From: a virus
Taxonomy: Duplodnaviria; Caudoviricetes
DNA: 52,994 nucleotides
Reading direction: 5' to 3' (one strand)
Virus record (IMG/VR): IMGVR_UViG_3300035703_000126
Span: 1-52,994 of that record
Each line of letters begins with the position of its first letter. Within the stretch, counting starts at the first letter, position 1. The translations under genes and the position numbers were made by a program. Under the pieces are notes generated by a model. That model saw only the letters and a program-made list of their open reading frames with translations, did not search any database and was not told the origin of the DNA. Of the stretch, positions 8,554 to 17,792 are shown piece after piece.

Positions 8554-9324
8554 TCAGTCAGCGATCGTCGAGCCGATATTGCTCGGCGGAGTGGCGTCAT
8601 CGTTGAGCAGCAGCGCGACGCCGAACTCAGCCAGCTCGTCCTCGTCTGTCAGCTCGCGAGTCTCGCCGGCAATCTCGCAGACCAGCCGGCCAGCGTCATC
8701 CTCTTCTGCTTTGAGCGCGGCCTTTGCGCGCTCGATATGCCGCTCGCGGACCTCGTGCGCGAACTCACCGGCCTCGTAACTCACCGACGTGAGTCCCTGC
8801 TCCCAGGTATCGGTGCGGCGACTGCAGCCGCAGATGCCGCAGACCTCATAAATCTCGACCCCGCCGCCCGATCCGTAGACTCCGGGATTCTCCCGGAGTC
8901 CGCCGACCAGCTCGATCGGCGACTCCCAGCGGTGGTCGTGCCCGTCGAGACAGTCCGGCTCGGTCGGCTCGAGCGCGATCTTGTGCGAGGCGCGCCCGAT
9001 CTTCACGACCTCACCGGACGAGTTGATGCCGCGCCGGTAGGTGTACACCATGACCCATGATGTCTTAGTGACCTCACCCCAGTCGCCAGAGTCAACGTAC
9101 TCCTGAGCTGCGTCCGCCGGGCTGGTCTCGGAGTCATACTCGACCTCAGCGTTGCCGTCATCCGCATAGACGGGCGACGAATCCAGGACGAGGCAGTCGT
9201 CCTCCAGAACCACGCCGATCCAGTCGGCGAGCTGCTCTGGAGTCGTGATTCCGAGGCGGACTGCCTCGGCGAGAGACTCCAGATCGGTCGGGTCCAGCGT
9301 GATTGCGGGGGTCGTTGTGCTCAT
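8554..9324 (-). CDS. acidic early protein with CxxC motif
   Basis: MSTTTPAITL start after the leader repeat; very D/E-rich; CGICGC. Confidence 0.7.
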   Translation of the reverse strand: MSTTTPAITLDPTDLESLAEAVRLGITTPEQLADWIGVVLEDDCLVLDSSPVYADDGNAEVEYDSETSPADAAQEYVDSGDWGEVTKTSWVMVYTYRRGINSSGEVVKIGRASHKIALEPTEPDCLDGHDHRWESPIELVGGLRENPGVYGSGGGVEIYEVCGICGCSRRTDTWEQGLTSVSYEAGEFAHEVRERHIERAKAALKAEEDDAGRLVCEIAGETRELTDEDELAEFGVALLLNDDATPPSNIGSTIAD

Positions 9325-10611
9325 GATCATTCCTTCAATGGGGCCTGAAGCGGGCTGTCTGAGCCGCCCGCGATCGCTCTTCTCGAATCAGAATCCTGCC
9401 AGCAGCAGGGCGCTCATGACGGCCGCACCTCCCGCCGCGCAGCACCGGTGGCGCAGCTCACCGTGCCCCGAATCCCCGGAGCCGGGTCGCAGCCGCATTC
9501 GGCCGCTCATCTATCTATACGCCCCAGCCCAGACACATTCCGCCCCCCTACCCCTTATTTTTTCGGAAGTCGTGAGGAATCAGCACGCCATCACAGGCCG
9601 CAACCACCGCAGAGCTGCGAGAGCACACGCAGGAACTCAGCACGAGGAAGAGGATGAAAGGTGATGCTATCCTCGACGCAAACCCAAGCGGCGGAAGGAC
9701 TTGTGTTGATTCTCCGGGGTTTTCGCGGCCTCGCGTCAACATGGTAGAGCACGGTGACGGGCTGAGAGCAGGTCTGCAGCCAGAGGGGGGTCCCCATTCG
9801 CTGGTTTTTGCCATCGACCCCCGGCCCGCCGTCCCGGCTGGGGTGATAGTTATCCCCTGTCGCTGCCTGCCGATTTTGCGTGTGTGGGTCGAGCGTTGGG
9901 GGTTGGCGTACCTGCGGTTTTGCTGTGGTGTGAAGCGGAGATGTTCGGGGTGCGTTTTGTGGTGGATCGTTGGTTTGGAAGATGGCGCAGAGGTGGCCTT
10001 GTTGCGCAAAGCCCCCCACCCGCACCGCAGAGTTTCTGAGCGATCTGGATGGTGATTCCAGAGTTTTGCTCAGCGGTCCTGCATCGCTTCCCGTGACGAT
10101 GTGATGTTGATCACGGCACTTGGGGAAGTCCTCGACCGGGGTGGAATCCCGGCAGTGTCTCTTGACCTTCGGAGATTGAAGGCTGCCGAGATCATGGCTG
10201 CCGGGTTGGTGGCTGGTCCTCGCGGAGTTGCTGTGGCCGTGGTACGGCAGAGCCATCCAGCCCGCGACGTTCCTGTGGTTCCCTGCCGGATGATGAGTCC
10301 CCCTCTGGTTGATTGAGGGTCAGGCAGGCGACGGTGATACGCGCGTTTTCACCCTGAGCATCTCCGCGTTCGGCCTCGAATAGCGCTCTTTCGAGCTGGG
10401 CCACCCGGAGCGGAAACCGCGCTGTATCCCTGAGTTGTTCGAGTGGGGGCGGGACCGTGGCGCACCTGAGCCGGGTTGCTGCGTCCAGCCGTTCATCCCC
10501 AGTTGAACGGGCAGCGTTTATGTCTGGCGGAGAGCTTATCGAGCTGGAATCCGGCTACCTTGTTGAGTGGTTTGGGGATTACAGTGTTGAACGGGCTGTC
10601 CGTTGAATGCG

Positions 10612-10641
10612 GGGAATACCTGTGCGGGGGCGGGGAGTCAA
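10612..10641 (-). promoter_or_regulatory. putative sigma70-type promoter, leftward
   Basis: TTGACT-17 nt-TATTCC on the - strand. Confidence 0.3.
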
Positions 10642-10674
10642 TACGGGGGGAGTTTTCTTCGGCGGAGGGGCTGT

Positions 10675-11982
10675 ATGACGGAGGGGGTTCCGCGTTACAG
10701 GTCGGAAGATTCTGCGGGCCGTGTGCGAGGGAGGCCGGAGTACAGAGAGGGCGACGAGAGCAGCGTGAGTCAGGTCGGTCGCGTGAGGCTGAACAGCGTG
10801 CAGGTTGTGGGCTTTCTGACCGACACGTCGAAGATCGGGTACGACAATCCGCGTTTCAGTCTGCTTCCGAGCGGCACATTGAAGGCGTGGAGCCGTCTGG
10901 CGGTGATGCACGACTGGTTCAACTTCGGGACCGGGGAGTGGGAGGTTGAAACGACACTTCTGGCGGCGTCATGCGGTGGTATGTTCGCGGACGTGTTGTA
11001 CCGGTGGAAGGAGCCGCGGTTGTGTGTGTCGATGATCGGGTCGTTGCAGCAGATTGACTTTGCTGATTCGGCCGGATTGACGCGGCGAGTGACGTATCTC
11101 AGTGCGGATTCCGTGTCTGTGTGCGAGCCGTTCACGAATTATGTGAATGAATTGCAGATGGTGTGCGTGATCTGCCGGCCGAACAGGCATCCGAATCCTG
11201 ATTTGCGTGTCGGGAATGACGGGAGGTTGTTCGGTCTGGTGCGAGTGGCGGTGTCGAAGTGGAAGTATGCGTACAAAGACACGCCGGGGCATGTTGAGTG
11301 GGTGTTTCTGACGGTGAGAGTGAGTGGATGGATTGCGGATCTGGTGCAGAGGTACGCTGTTCCCGGCCGTGAAATGCTGGTGTATGGGAATCTGACGAAC
11401 CATCGTTACACGATGCCTCACGGCGAGCATCGGTGCGACGTGGAGGTGCGGGCGAATTATCTGGCGTTTCTTGATCGGAAGATTCCAGACGGCCCTGATG
11501 TGGAGATTCGGAACCCGCTGGGGAAGCGTGGGATGGATTTGTACGAAGGGATCAACACGGAGAAGATTCATGACAGACCGGGAAGTAGAGCGCTCCACAA
11601 CGGATACGTCCTGTGCGCCGGAGGGATCAACGTGCCCATCCTGGAATCCACTTACAGAAGAGCTGGACTCAGCGAGGAAGAGATTGGTGCAGGACGGGCG
11701 GTGGATGGCTTTTTTGAAGCTCAGAGACTCTCTGCTGCGCGAGTTGAAAATGGAGCCTCTGCAGGCGGCGCGGACGGCATTGAAGGACTTTCCGCCAATC
11801 GAGGCGTTGACGACGGAGGAGCAGCAGGAGCGGGCGGAGCAGATGCGTCTGGCGTTCATGACTCAGGCGGCAGTGGCGGCGGAGAAGAAGGCGGCGGGCG
11901 GAGGGGGCCGGAGAGCGAAGGAGAAAGCGGGTCCGGATGCCGGTTTGATGGCTCAGGCGGAGGAGAAGCGGCGGGAGATTGA
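10675..11982 (+). CDS. tandem OB-fold SSB-like protein; 3' end overlaps the next gene
   Basis: Two SSB-like units: LNSVQVVGFL...IGSLQ, and VNELQMV...PGREMLVYGNLTNHRY...EVRANYLAFLD; GGAGGGG RBS. Confidence 0.65.
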   Translation: MTEGVPRYRSEDSAGRVRGRPEYREGDESSVSQVGRVRLNSVQVVGFLTDTSKIGYDNPRFSLLPSGTLKAWSRLAVMHDWFNFGTGEWEVETTLLAASCGGMFADVLYRWKEPRLCVSMIGSLQQIDFADSAGLTRRVTYLSADSVSVCEPFTNYVNELQMVCVICRPNRHPNPDLRVGNDGRLFGLVRVAVSKWKYAYKDTPGHVEWVFLTVRVSGWIADLVQRYAVPGREMLVYGNLTNHRYTMPHGEHRCDVEVRANYLAFLDRKIPDGPDVEIRNPLGKRGMDLYEGINTEKIHDRPGSRALHNGYVLCAGGINVPILESTYRRAGLSEEEIGAGRAVDGFFEAQRLSAARVENGASAGGADGIEGLSANRGVDDGGAAGAGGADASGVHDSGGSGGGEEGGGRRGPESEGESGSGCRFDGSGGGEAAGD

Positions 11983-12403
11983 CGAGCAGTTGCGTCAACT
12001 GGCGGCGATGACGGCGGGGATGGAGCCTGATTTCGACCGGGACTGGGCGTGGGCTTACGACAACATGGCGATGCCTGACGCGATGCCGTTGATGGCTCCG
12101 AGTACGTCCGCGTGGGGTCTTCTGGAGTGGGCGCGGGAGAGCAAAGACAAGTTCGTGCAGCAGTATGTCGCGTACCAGGAGAAGCGGCGGAAGGATGGCG
12201 ACGCGAGCACGATGGAGATGGAGACGGATCGCAAGACGCGGTTCAATGTTATTGACCGTCTTCTGTCGTTTCTGGAGACTGATGTGGAGAAATCCGCGCG
12301 TCAGGCGGTGGAATTGAGCGCGGAAGTTGTGGCCGGAGTGCTGAGAGAGGCGGGATGGTCCGTCGCGCGAATGGAGTCCGTCGTTGATACTGCCGGAAAA
12401 TGA
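11570..12403 (+). CDS. putative terminase small subunit
   Basis: Immediately upstream of and overlapping TerL; helical; GGAG RBS; call rests mainly on position. Confidence 0.5.
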   Translation: MTDREVERSTTDTSCAPEGSTCPSWNPLTEELDSARKRLVQDGRWMAFLKLRDSLLRELKMEPLQAARTALKDFPPIEALTTEEQQERAEQMRLAFMTQAAVAAEKKAAGGGGRRAKEKAGPDAGLMAQAEEKRREIDEQLRQLAAMTAGMEPDFDRDWAWAYDNMAMPDAMPLMAPSTSAWGLLEWARESKDKFVQQYVAYQEKRRKDGDASTMEMETDRKTRFNVIDRLLSFLETDVEKSARQAVELSAEVVAGVLREAGWSVARMESVVDTAGK

Positions 12404-14351
12404 CCTGCATGTGCCCGTGGAATACAACTCCGTGGTGTATCGGGGTCTTACACCGCGTGAAATGGAGTTCAATCTGCGGTTTCGGAAAGAGGCGTTGCAG
12501 GCCGGTTATGAAAGCGCGTCCGATGCGCGGGAATTGATTGAGATTTGCAGCCGCGACGTACTGTTTTTCGTGAATACGTTCTGCTGGCTGCTGGAAACAC
12601 GGGATGCAGCGAAGTGGCAGATCGGAAAACGACTGCCGAACAAGCGCCAGATCCCGTTTATCACCCGTCCGTACCAGGATGAGGGCATTCTGCGGTCGGT
12701 GGCGAACCTCGGAAAACGGGACATCGTGGTCCCGAAGTCGCGCGAGACCGGTGTGACGTGGCTGTATGTGTCGATGGCGGCGTGGGACTGGTTGTTTCAC
12801 GAGGAAACACACATCGGGTTCGCGTCGAAGGACGAGAACACCGTTGATAACCCGGCTGACCCGGACTCTTTGATGGCGAAACTGGACTTTCTGCTCAGCC
12901 GGCTGCCGATCTGGATGCTGGATGCGAAGAAAGACCTGGTGCGGAACGTCACATCGCACTCGTTTTTGAACCAGCGGAACGGATCGTCGATCGTGGGCTA
13001 CGCGGCGACGGCCGATCTTGGCCGTGGCGGTCGTAAAAACTGGTGGCTGATGGACGAATTCCACTTTTTCGGGGCCGGAGACGATGAGCGGGCGATGGAA
13101 TCGACGCAAGGTTCCACCCGATGCCGGGTTCTGGTTTCAACCGTGAACCGGATTCGTGGCCAGAGCGGCTCATTCTTCAACTGGGCGACCAGCGAGGAAC
13201 TCGATCGCGAAGTGATCGTCATCGACTGGAAGGATGACCCGGAAAAGCGGCTGGGAATGTACACCTCAGACCGGGTTGGACAGAGCGACGTGTTCAATCT
13301 GCGGATCGTGGACGAGATATTCTGGAGTGGCTACCGCAGAGATAACGGTTTGTACGCGCATCCGATGGAAACGGGGAAGGATTACCCGTTCATTCTGGAT
13401 GGAAAGACGCGGTCGCTGTACTACGACACGGAATGGCGGCGCAGCACGCCTCAGGCGATGGCGGCGGAACTGGATCGCAACTTCGCGGGGGCAACATCGC
13501 AGGTCTGCGACCAGTCCGTACTGGATACCGCCATGATGAAGGCGGACGACTACGAGTTCACGGCGGATGTGAGGCGGGATGACGCTCAGGAAGACCGCCC
13601 GTATGTGGTTGATCCGTATCAGGACGGCAATCTCGGCCTGTGGTGCGAGATGGAGAACAACCGCCCGATCAAGGATGTGTACGCCGTGGGGTGTGACATC
13701 TCGGCGGGGACCGGTGGGGCGTGGTCGTCGTATTCACACATCGCTGTATTCAGCCGGAAGACCGGGAAGCAGGTGGCTGAGTGGCGAAGCAATCGGTTCA
13801 ATCCGCTGGAGTTCGCCGATCTGGCAATGGCCGTGTGCCGGTGGTTTCACAATGCGTACCTGATTCCGGAGTGCAACGGCCCGCTGGGGACGATGTTTGT
13901 GAACCGGGTTACGGAAGTCGGGTACTACAATCTGTTCTACGCGCGGAAAAGTCAGGAAGATGCGACCGCGCTGGCGGGAAGTCGTCCGGGGTACTGGAAC
14001 AACGACGGAGGCAACCGGATTCTGGTTCAGTTGACTCAGGCGTTGCGTGAGGGGCGCGCGGTCGTGAAGTCGAAGATCGCGCTGCGTGAAATGGGTCGGT
14101 ACATCTACCGGGACGGCAAGTGCGTCCATTCGTCCGTGAAGGATGAGTCCGATCATGGAGCGCGCGGGAAGTCACACGGCGACGCGGCCATCGGGACGGC
14201 AGTGGCGTGGCATGGGATTCTGGACCTTCCAGAGATCCGCAAGGAAGCTCCGCCGGACGAAGTGGTGCGTGGATCGTTTCTTGAGCGGCAGATGCGGGCG
14301 AAGCAGGAGCGGGAAGCTCGCGAACGCCATCGAACATACTGGTCAGCGTGA
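12384..14351 (+). CDS. terL: terminase large subunit
   Basis: Walker A VPKSRETGVTW, Walker B LMDEF, nuclease motifs GCDISAG and HGDAAIG. Confidence 0.92.
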   Translation: MILPENDLHVPVEYNSVVYRGLTPREMEFNLRFRKEALQAGYESASDARELIEICSRDVLFFVNTFCWLLETRDAAKWQIGKRLPNKRQIPFITRPYQDEGILRSVANLGKRDIVVPKSRETGVTWLYVSMAAWDWLFHEETHIGFASKDENTVDNPADPDSLMAKLDFLLSRLPIWMLDAKKDLVRNVTSHSFLNQRNGSSIVGYAATADLGRGGRKNWWLMDEFHFFGAGDDERAMESTQGSTRCRVLVSTVNRIRGQSGSFFNWATSEELDREVIVIDWKDDPEKRLGMYTSDRVGQSDVFNLRIVDEIFWSGYRRDNGLYAHPMETGKDYPFILDGKTRSLYYDTEWRRSTPQAMAAELDRNFAGATSQVCDQSVLDTAMMKADDYEFTADVRRDDAQEDRPYVVDPYQDGNLGLWCEMENNRPIKDVYAVGCDISAGTGGAWSSYSHIAVFSRKTGKQVAEWRSNRFNPLEFADLAMAVCRWFHNAYLIPECNGPLGTMFVNRVTEVGYYNLFYARKSQEDATALAGSRPGYWNNDGGNRILVQLTQALREGRAVVKSKIALREMGRYIYRDGKCVHSSVKDESDHGARGKSHGDAAIGTAVAWHGILDLPEIRKEAPPDEVVRGSFLERQMRAKQEREARERHRTYWSA

Positions 14352-14362
14352 AAGGACGCGGC

Positions 14363-16141
14363 ATGAATTCCGAGCAGTTCAACAAGCTGAGGTCAGCGGT
14401 TTCGCGTTCGTATCGCGCTCTGGAGCCGTTCCGGAAACTGCAGCGCGAAGGGCTTCAGCAGATGTGCGGACCGCACTACGGCGAGAACCGCGAGATGGAT
14501 TCAATGCCGGTCAACATGCTGGAGCTGGTCGTCTCAACGCTCCTGCAGGAACTGGTGGCGAAGGAGCCGCAGTGTCTGGTGCTGACCAGGAACATCGGGT
14601 TGAGAGCCTCAGCCGCGGATTTTGAACTGGCTATGAATGAGAAGCTGCTGCGGATGAACGCCGGCGAAGAACTGAAGGCGTTCGTCATGTCCGCCATGTT
14701 CTCGATGGGGATCATGCGCGTCGGGCTGACTCAGGGGGCGACCGTCACGTTCGGAGATGAGCCGGTTACGAACACTGAGATTTTCATGGAAGCGATCCAG
14801 TTCGATGACTGGGTTCACGACACGACGGCAAAGCAGTGGCGACAGCATCTGGTTCGCTTCTGCGGGCATCGGTATCGCCGATCACTTGAGGATGTTCGGA
14901 ACGACGAGAACTACGATCCGGAAGTCCGGCAGAAGGTGCAGTCCACTACGCGAGCGACGGTTGTTGGCGAGATGCCGAACGACTCCGAGACATCGGACGA
15001 TCTGGCGTTCGGGCGCGAGGAACTGGAAGACCAGTTCGATCTGTACCCGACCGTGGAACTGTGGGACATCTTCATCCCGCGCGAACAACTGGTCGTGACG
15101 TATGCAGCCGGCTGCGACCGGCCGCTGCGTGAGGCGAAGTGGATGGGTCCGCCGGACGGACCGTACCGCACGTTCGGATTCAAGCATGTGCTCAACAACA
15201 CGATGCCGCTGCCGCTGGTGGCAAACTGGATGGACATGCACGATCTGGTCAACAAGCTCTACGCGAAGCTGGGGGACCAGAGCAGTCGGCAGAAGACGCT
15301 GACGTTCGCGACCCCGAACGACAAGGTGGACGCCGGCACGATCATGAAGGCCGGCGACGGCGACGTGATCACCGTCAAGAATCCTCAGGGCATCAAAGAA
15401 GCCCGGTACGGCGGCGTCGATCAGCAGACGCTGGGCTTCGCGATCCATGCGCGCGATGTGGTCAGCTACATCATGGGGAATCTCGATGCGATGGCCGGGC
15501 TGGGTCAGCAGGCGGACACGGTCGGCCAGGAGAAGATCATCAAGGAGTCGGGGAACCAGCGTCTGCGCGCCATGCAGTCGGCGGTGATGAAGGTGTTCCG
15601 GGCGATTCTGCGGGACATCGCATGGTGGATGTGGAACAACCCGATGGAAGACATGCAGTTGACCAAGCGGATTTCCGGGACGGATATCGAGATCAACACG
15701 TCCTGGCCGATTCAGGAGGAATGGAACGGCTTCGAGTACGTTGAGTCCGATGTGCGCGAGGGCGTTGATTTCAATGTGTTCCAGATCGACATCGAGCCGT
15801 ACAGCCTGCAGGACATCTCGCCGTCCGAGCGGATGCAGGCAATCCGGACGATCTGGCAGCAGGATATTATCCCGCTGCAGCAAATGGGCGTTGTTCCGGA
15901 CGTGGAGCAGTACCTGCGGCTCATCTCGAAATACGGCGACCTGCCGGAGATCGACGCGCTGGCCACGCTGTCTCCCGACCCGATGATGTCGAAGGCTGGC
16001 GGCGGAAGTGCAATGCCGTCAACAGGTTTCGGCAAGCCGAACGGGCAGTACACGCGGACGAACGTGTCTGGCGGGATGACTCCACAGGCTGCCTCGCAGC
16101 AGGCCATGATGACCGCGATGACCGCCGGACAGCCGCAGTGA
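14363..16141 (+). CDS. portal protein
   Basis: About 590 aa directly after TerL; podovirus-like portal size and composition. Confidence 0.85.
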   Translation: MNSEQFNKLRSAVSRSYRALEPFRKLQREGLQQMCGPHYGENREMDSMPVNMLELVVSTLLQELVAKEPQCLVLTRNIGLRASAADFELAMNEKLLRMNAGEELKAFVMSAMFSMGIMRVGLTQGATVTFGDEPVTNTEIFMEAIQFDDWVHDTTAKQWRQHLVRFCGHRYRRSLEDVRNDENYDPEVRQKVQSTTRATVVGEMPNDSETSDDLAFGREELEDQFDLYPTVELWDIFIPREQLVVTYAAGCDRPLREAKWMGPPDGPYRTFGFKHVLNNTMPLPLVANWMDMHDLVNKLYAKLGDQSSRQKTLTFATPNDKVDAGTIMKAGDGDVITVKNPQGIKEARYGGVDQQTLGFAIHARDVVSYIMGNLDAMAGLGQQADTVGQEKIIKESGNQRLRAMQSAVMKVFRAILRDIAWWMWNNPMEDMQLTKRISGTDIEINTSWPIQEEWNGFEYVESDVREGVDFNVFQIDIEPYSLQDISPSERMQAIRTIWQQDIIPLQQMGVVPDVEQYLRLISKYGDLPEIDALATLSPDPMMSKAGGGSAMPSTGFGKPNGQYTRTNVSGGMTPQAASQQAMMTAMTAGQPQ

Positions 16142-16190
16142 GATAACCGAGGTTATCAATATCATTTGAAACGATCGGCATAAATATGCC
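16142..16190. promoter_or_regulatory. AT-rich intergenic region with two palindromes
   Basis: GATAACC-ga-GGTTATC and GGCATA-aa-TATGCC. Confidence 0.45.
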
Positions 16191-16258
16191 TCATTTGCTG
16201 TTTACTTCAGGATAAAGTCTGCGCACTCTTTCCCCTGCTGGCTGGCAGGGGAAATGGA

Positions 16259-16588
16259 GTGTCCACGCATCGCGTCGTGATCAAGCGCGGCAACCGCACG
16301 ATTTTCGGTCGCAGAAGCGACTTTGAGAGAAGCGGTCCGGCCAGCAGCCTGAATGTCGGAGTGTTCGGCCAGTCGCCTTCCGGGTGGCCTTTGCATTCCG
16401 ACGCCCTGGGCGTTGATCCATCAACCGTTCCTGAGTGGATGGAGTTCGATGCGGCCCACGGTTGCAAGGTCGATTACGACAAGGATGGATGCCCGGTCTT
16501 CACAAGTCCCCGCCAGCGCAAGCGATACGCCGAAGCCCACGGTTATTTCGACCGGAATGGCGGCTACGGCGATCCGATGCCGACGTAA
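16259..16588 (+). CDS. conserved head-module protein of unknown function
   Basis: Lies between portal and scaffold; GWPLHSDALGV...DRNGGYGD. Confidence 0.6.
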   Translation: MSTHRVVIKRGNRTIFGRRSDFERSGPASSLNVGVFGQSPSGWPLHSDALGVDPSTVPEWMEFDAAHGCKVDYDKDGCPVFTSPRQRKRYAEAHGYFDRNGGYGDPMPT

Positions 16589-16600
16589 GGGGACTCCGGA

Positions 16601-17752
16601 ATGCTGTTCAATGACGAGTGGAACCGCTGGGTTCTGATGGAGGAAGAGGCTGGCGCCGGCGGAGATGATGGCGGCGCCGGCGGCGGTGCGGCGACGGCGG
16701 AAGCAACTGAGGTTGACACTTCCGCGCCGGAATCGGACAACACATCCGCGGAACGCATCCCCTCATTCTTTGAGGGCGATGAGTACGACACAGAGGATAA
16801 TCCGTCATCCGATGACAATCCGGATGGCGATGACGCCGGCTCCGAAACGGAAGCCGATGACGCGGCCACGGGCGAGCAGCCGTCCGGCAATGGCCATGCG
16901 AAGCTGCCGGAGATCACTCCGGAACTTCAGCAGCGAGCTGCGGTACTCGGTTTCACGCTGGCAGATTACCAGCGGTTCGGAACTCCTGAGGCACTGGCTG
17001 CCGCCGTTGATACCGCCGAACGTGTCGCTCTCACGCTGATGGAATATCAGCAGGCGCAGGCACAGCAGGCTGGTCAGCAGCAGCAGAACACAACCCAGCA
17101 GCCGCAGCAGGATTCGGCCACTCAGGCCGTCAATCAGTCCGCCGCGAAGATTCAGGCTCTGCGTGAACGGATCGAGAAGCTGAGGGACGACGGCTACAGC
17201 GACGAAGACCTGGCATCCCGTATCGAGATGCTGGACGTGCTGGAAACCCAGCATCAGTCGCTCGTGACGCAGATGGAGCAGATCAACCAGTTCATGCAGC
17301 AATCGCAGCAGGAACGGGTTCATCGGCAACGGGAAGTCGCCCGCGAGCAGGCAACGCAGGCTTTGAACGAGTTCGACCGGGACATCAGCAGCCTTCCTCC
17401 GGAGTACGAGTCACTCCTGGGCAAGGGGCCGACAACCGCGATCGACCGGACCAGTCCGCAGTTCGCCAATCGCGACCGGGTTCTCGGCCTGATGCGAGTC
17501 ATCGCCGCCGACGCGCAGCAACGTGGTCTCACGATGACCAGAGAAGAGTTGAAGCTGGCCGCCGTCAGCGCGGCATTCCCGACACAGGCACATTCGATCG
17601 CACGGAACGAACTCAGGAACAAGCTGAAGACGGCCGGCAGCCAGACTCTCGCGAAGCCCGCAAGGTCATCGCAGGAACCGGCTCTCAGCCCGGAAGAGAA
17701 GGCCTTCACGAACTTCGAGCAGGGTCTTCGGAGAATCATGCGGAACTCCTGA
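16601..17752 (+). CDS. capsid scaffolding protein
   Basis: Acidic disordered N-terminus plus coiled coils; directly precedes the capsid gene. Confidence 0.75.
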   Translation: MLFNDEWNRWVLMEEEAGAGGDDGGAGGGAATAEATEVDTSAPESDNTSAERIPSFFEGDEYDTEDNPSSDDNPDGDDAGSETEADDAATGEQPSGNGHAKLPEITPELQQRAAVLGFTLADYQRFGTPEALAAAVDTAERVALTLMEYQQAQAQQAGQQQQNTTQQPQQDSATQAVNQSAAKIQALRERIEKLRDDGYSDEDLASRIEMLDVLETQHQSLVTQMEQINQFMQQSQQERVHRQREVAREQATQALNEFDRDISSLPPEYESLLGKGPTTAIDRTSPQFANRDRVLGLMRVIAADAQQRGLTMTREELKLAAVSAAFPTQAHSIARNELRNKLKTAGSQTLAKPARSSQEPALSPEEKAFTNFEQGLRRIMRNS

Positions 17753-17792
17753 GCCGCACCGGCGAGCAACCATAAACGAAGGATGATTGAAC

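Noticed and set aside
7180-9345. Intergenic repeats as a CRISPR array
   Set aside because: Only 2-3 copies per family, separated by whole genes; no cas genes.
9548-10256. ORFs 9591..10256, 9548..10009 and 9654..10055
   Set aside because: No clear RBS or motifs, mutually overlapping, and composition follows the local strand skew.
11122-11149. TTATGTGAAT as a dif XerD arm
   Set aside because: No matching XerC arm, and it lies inside a coding region.
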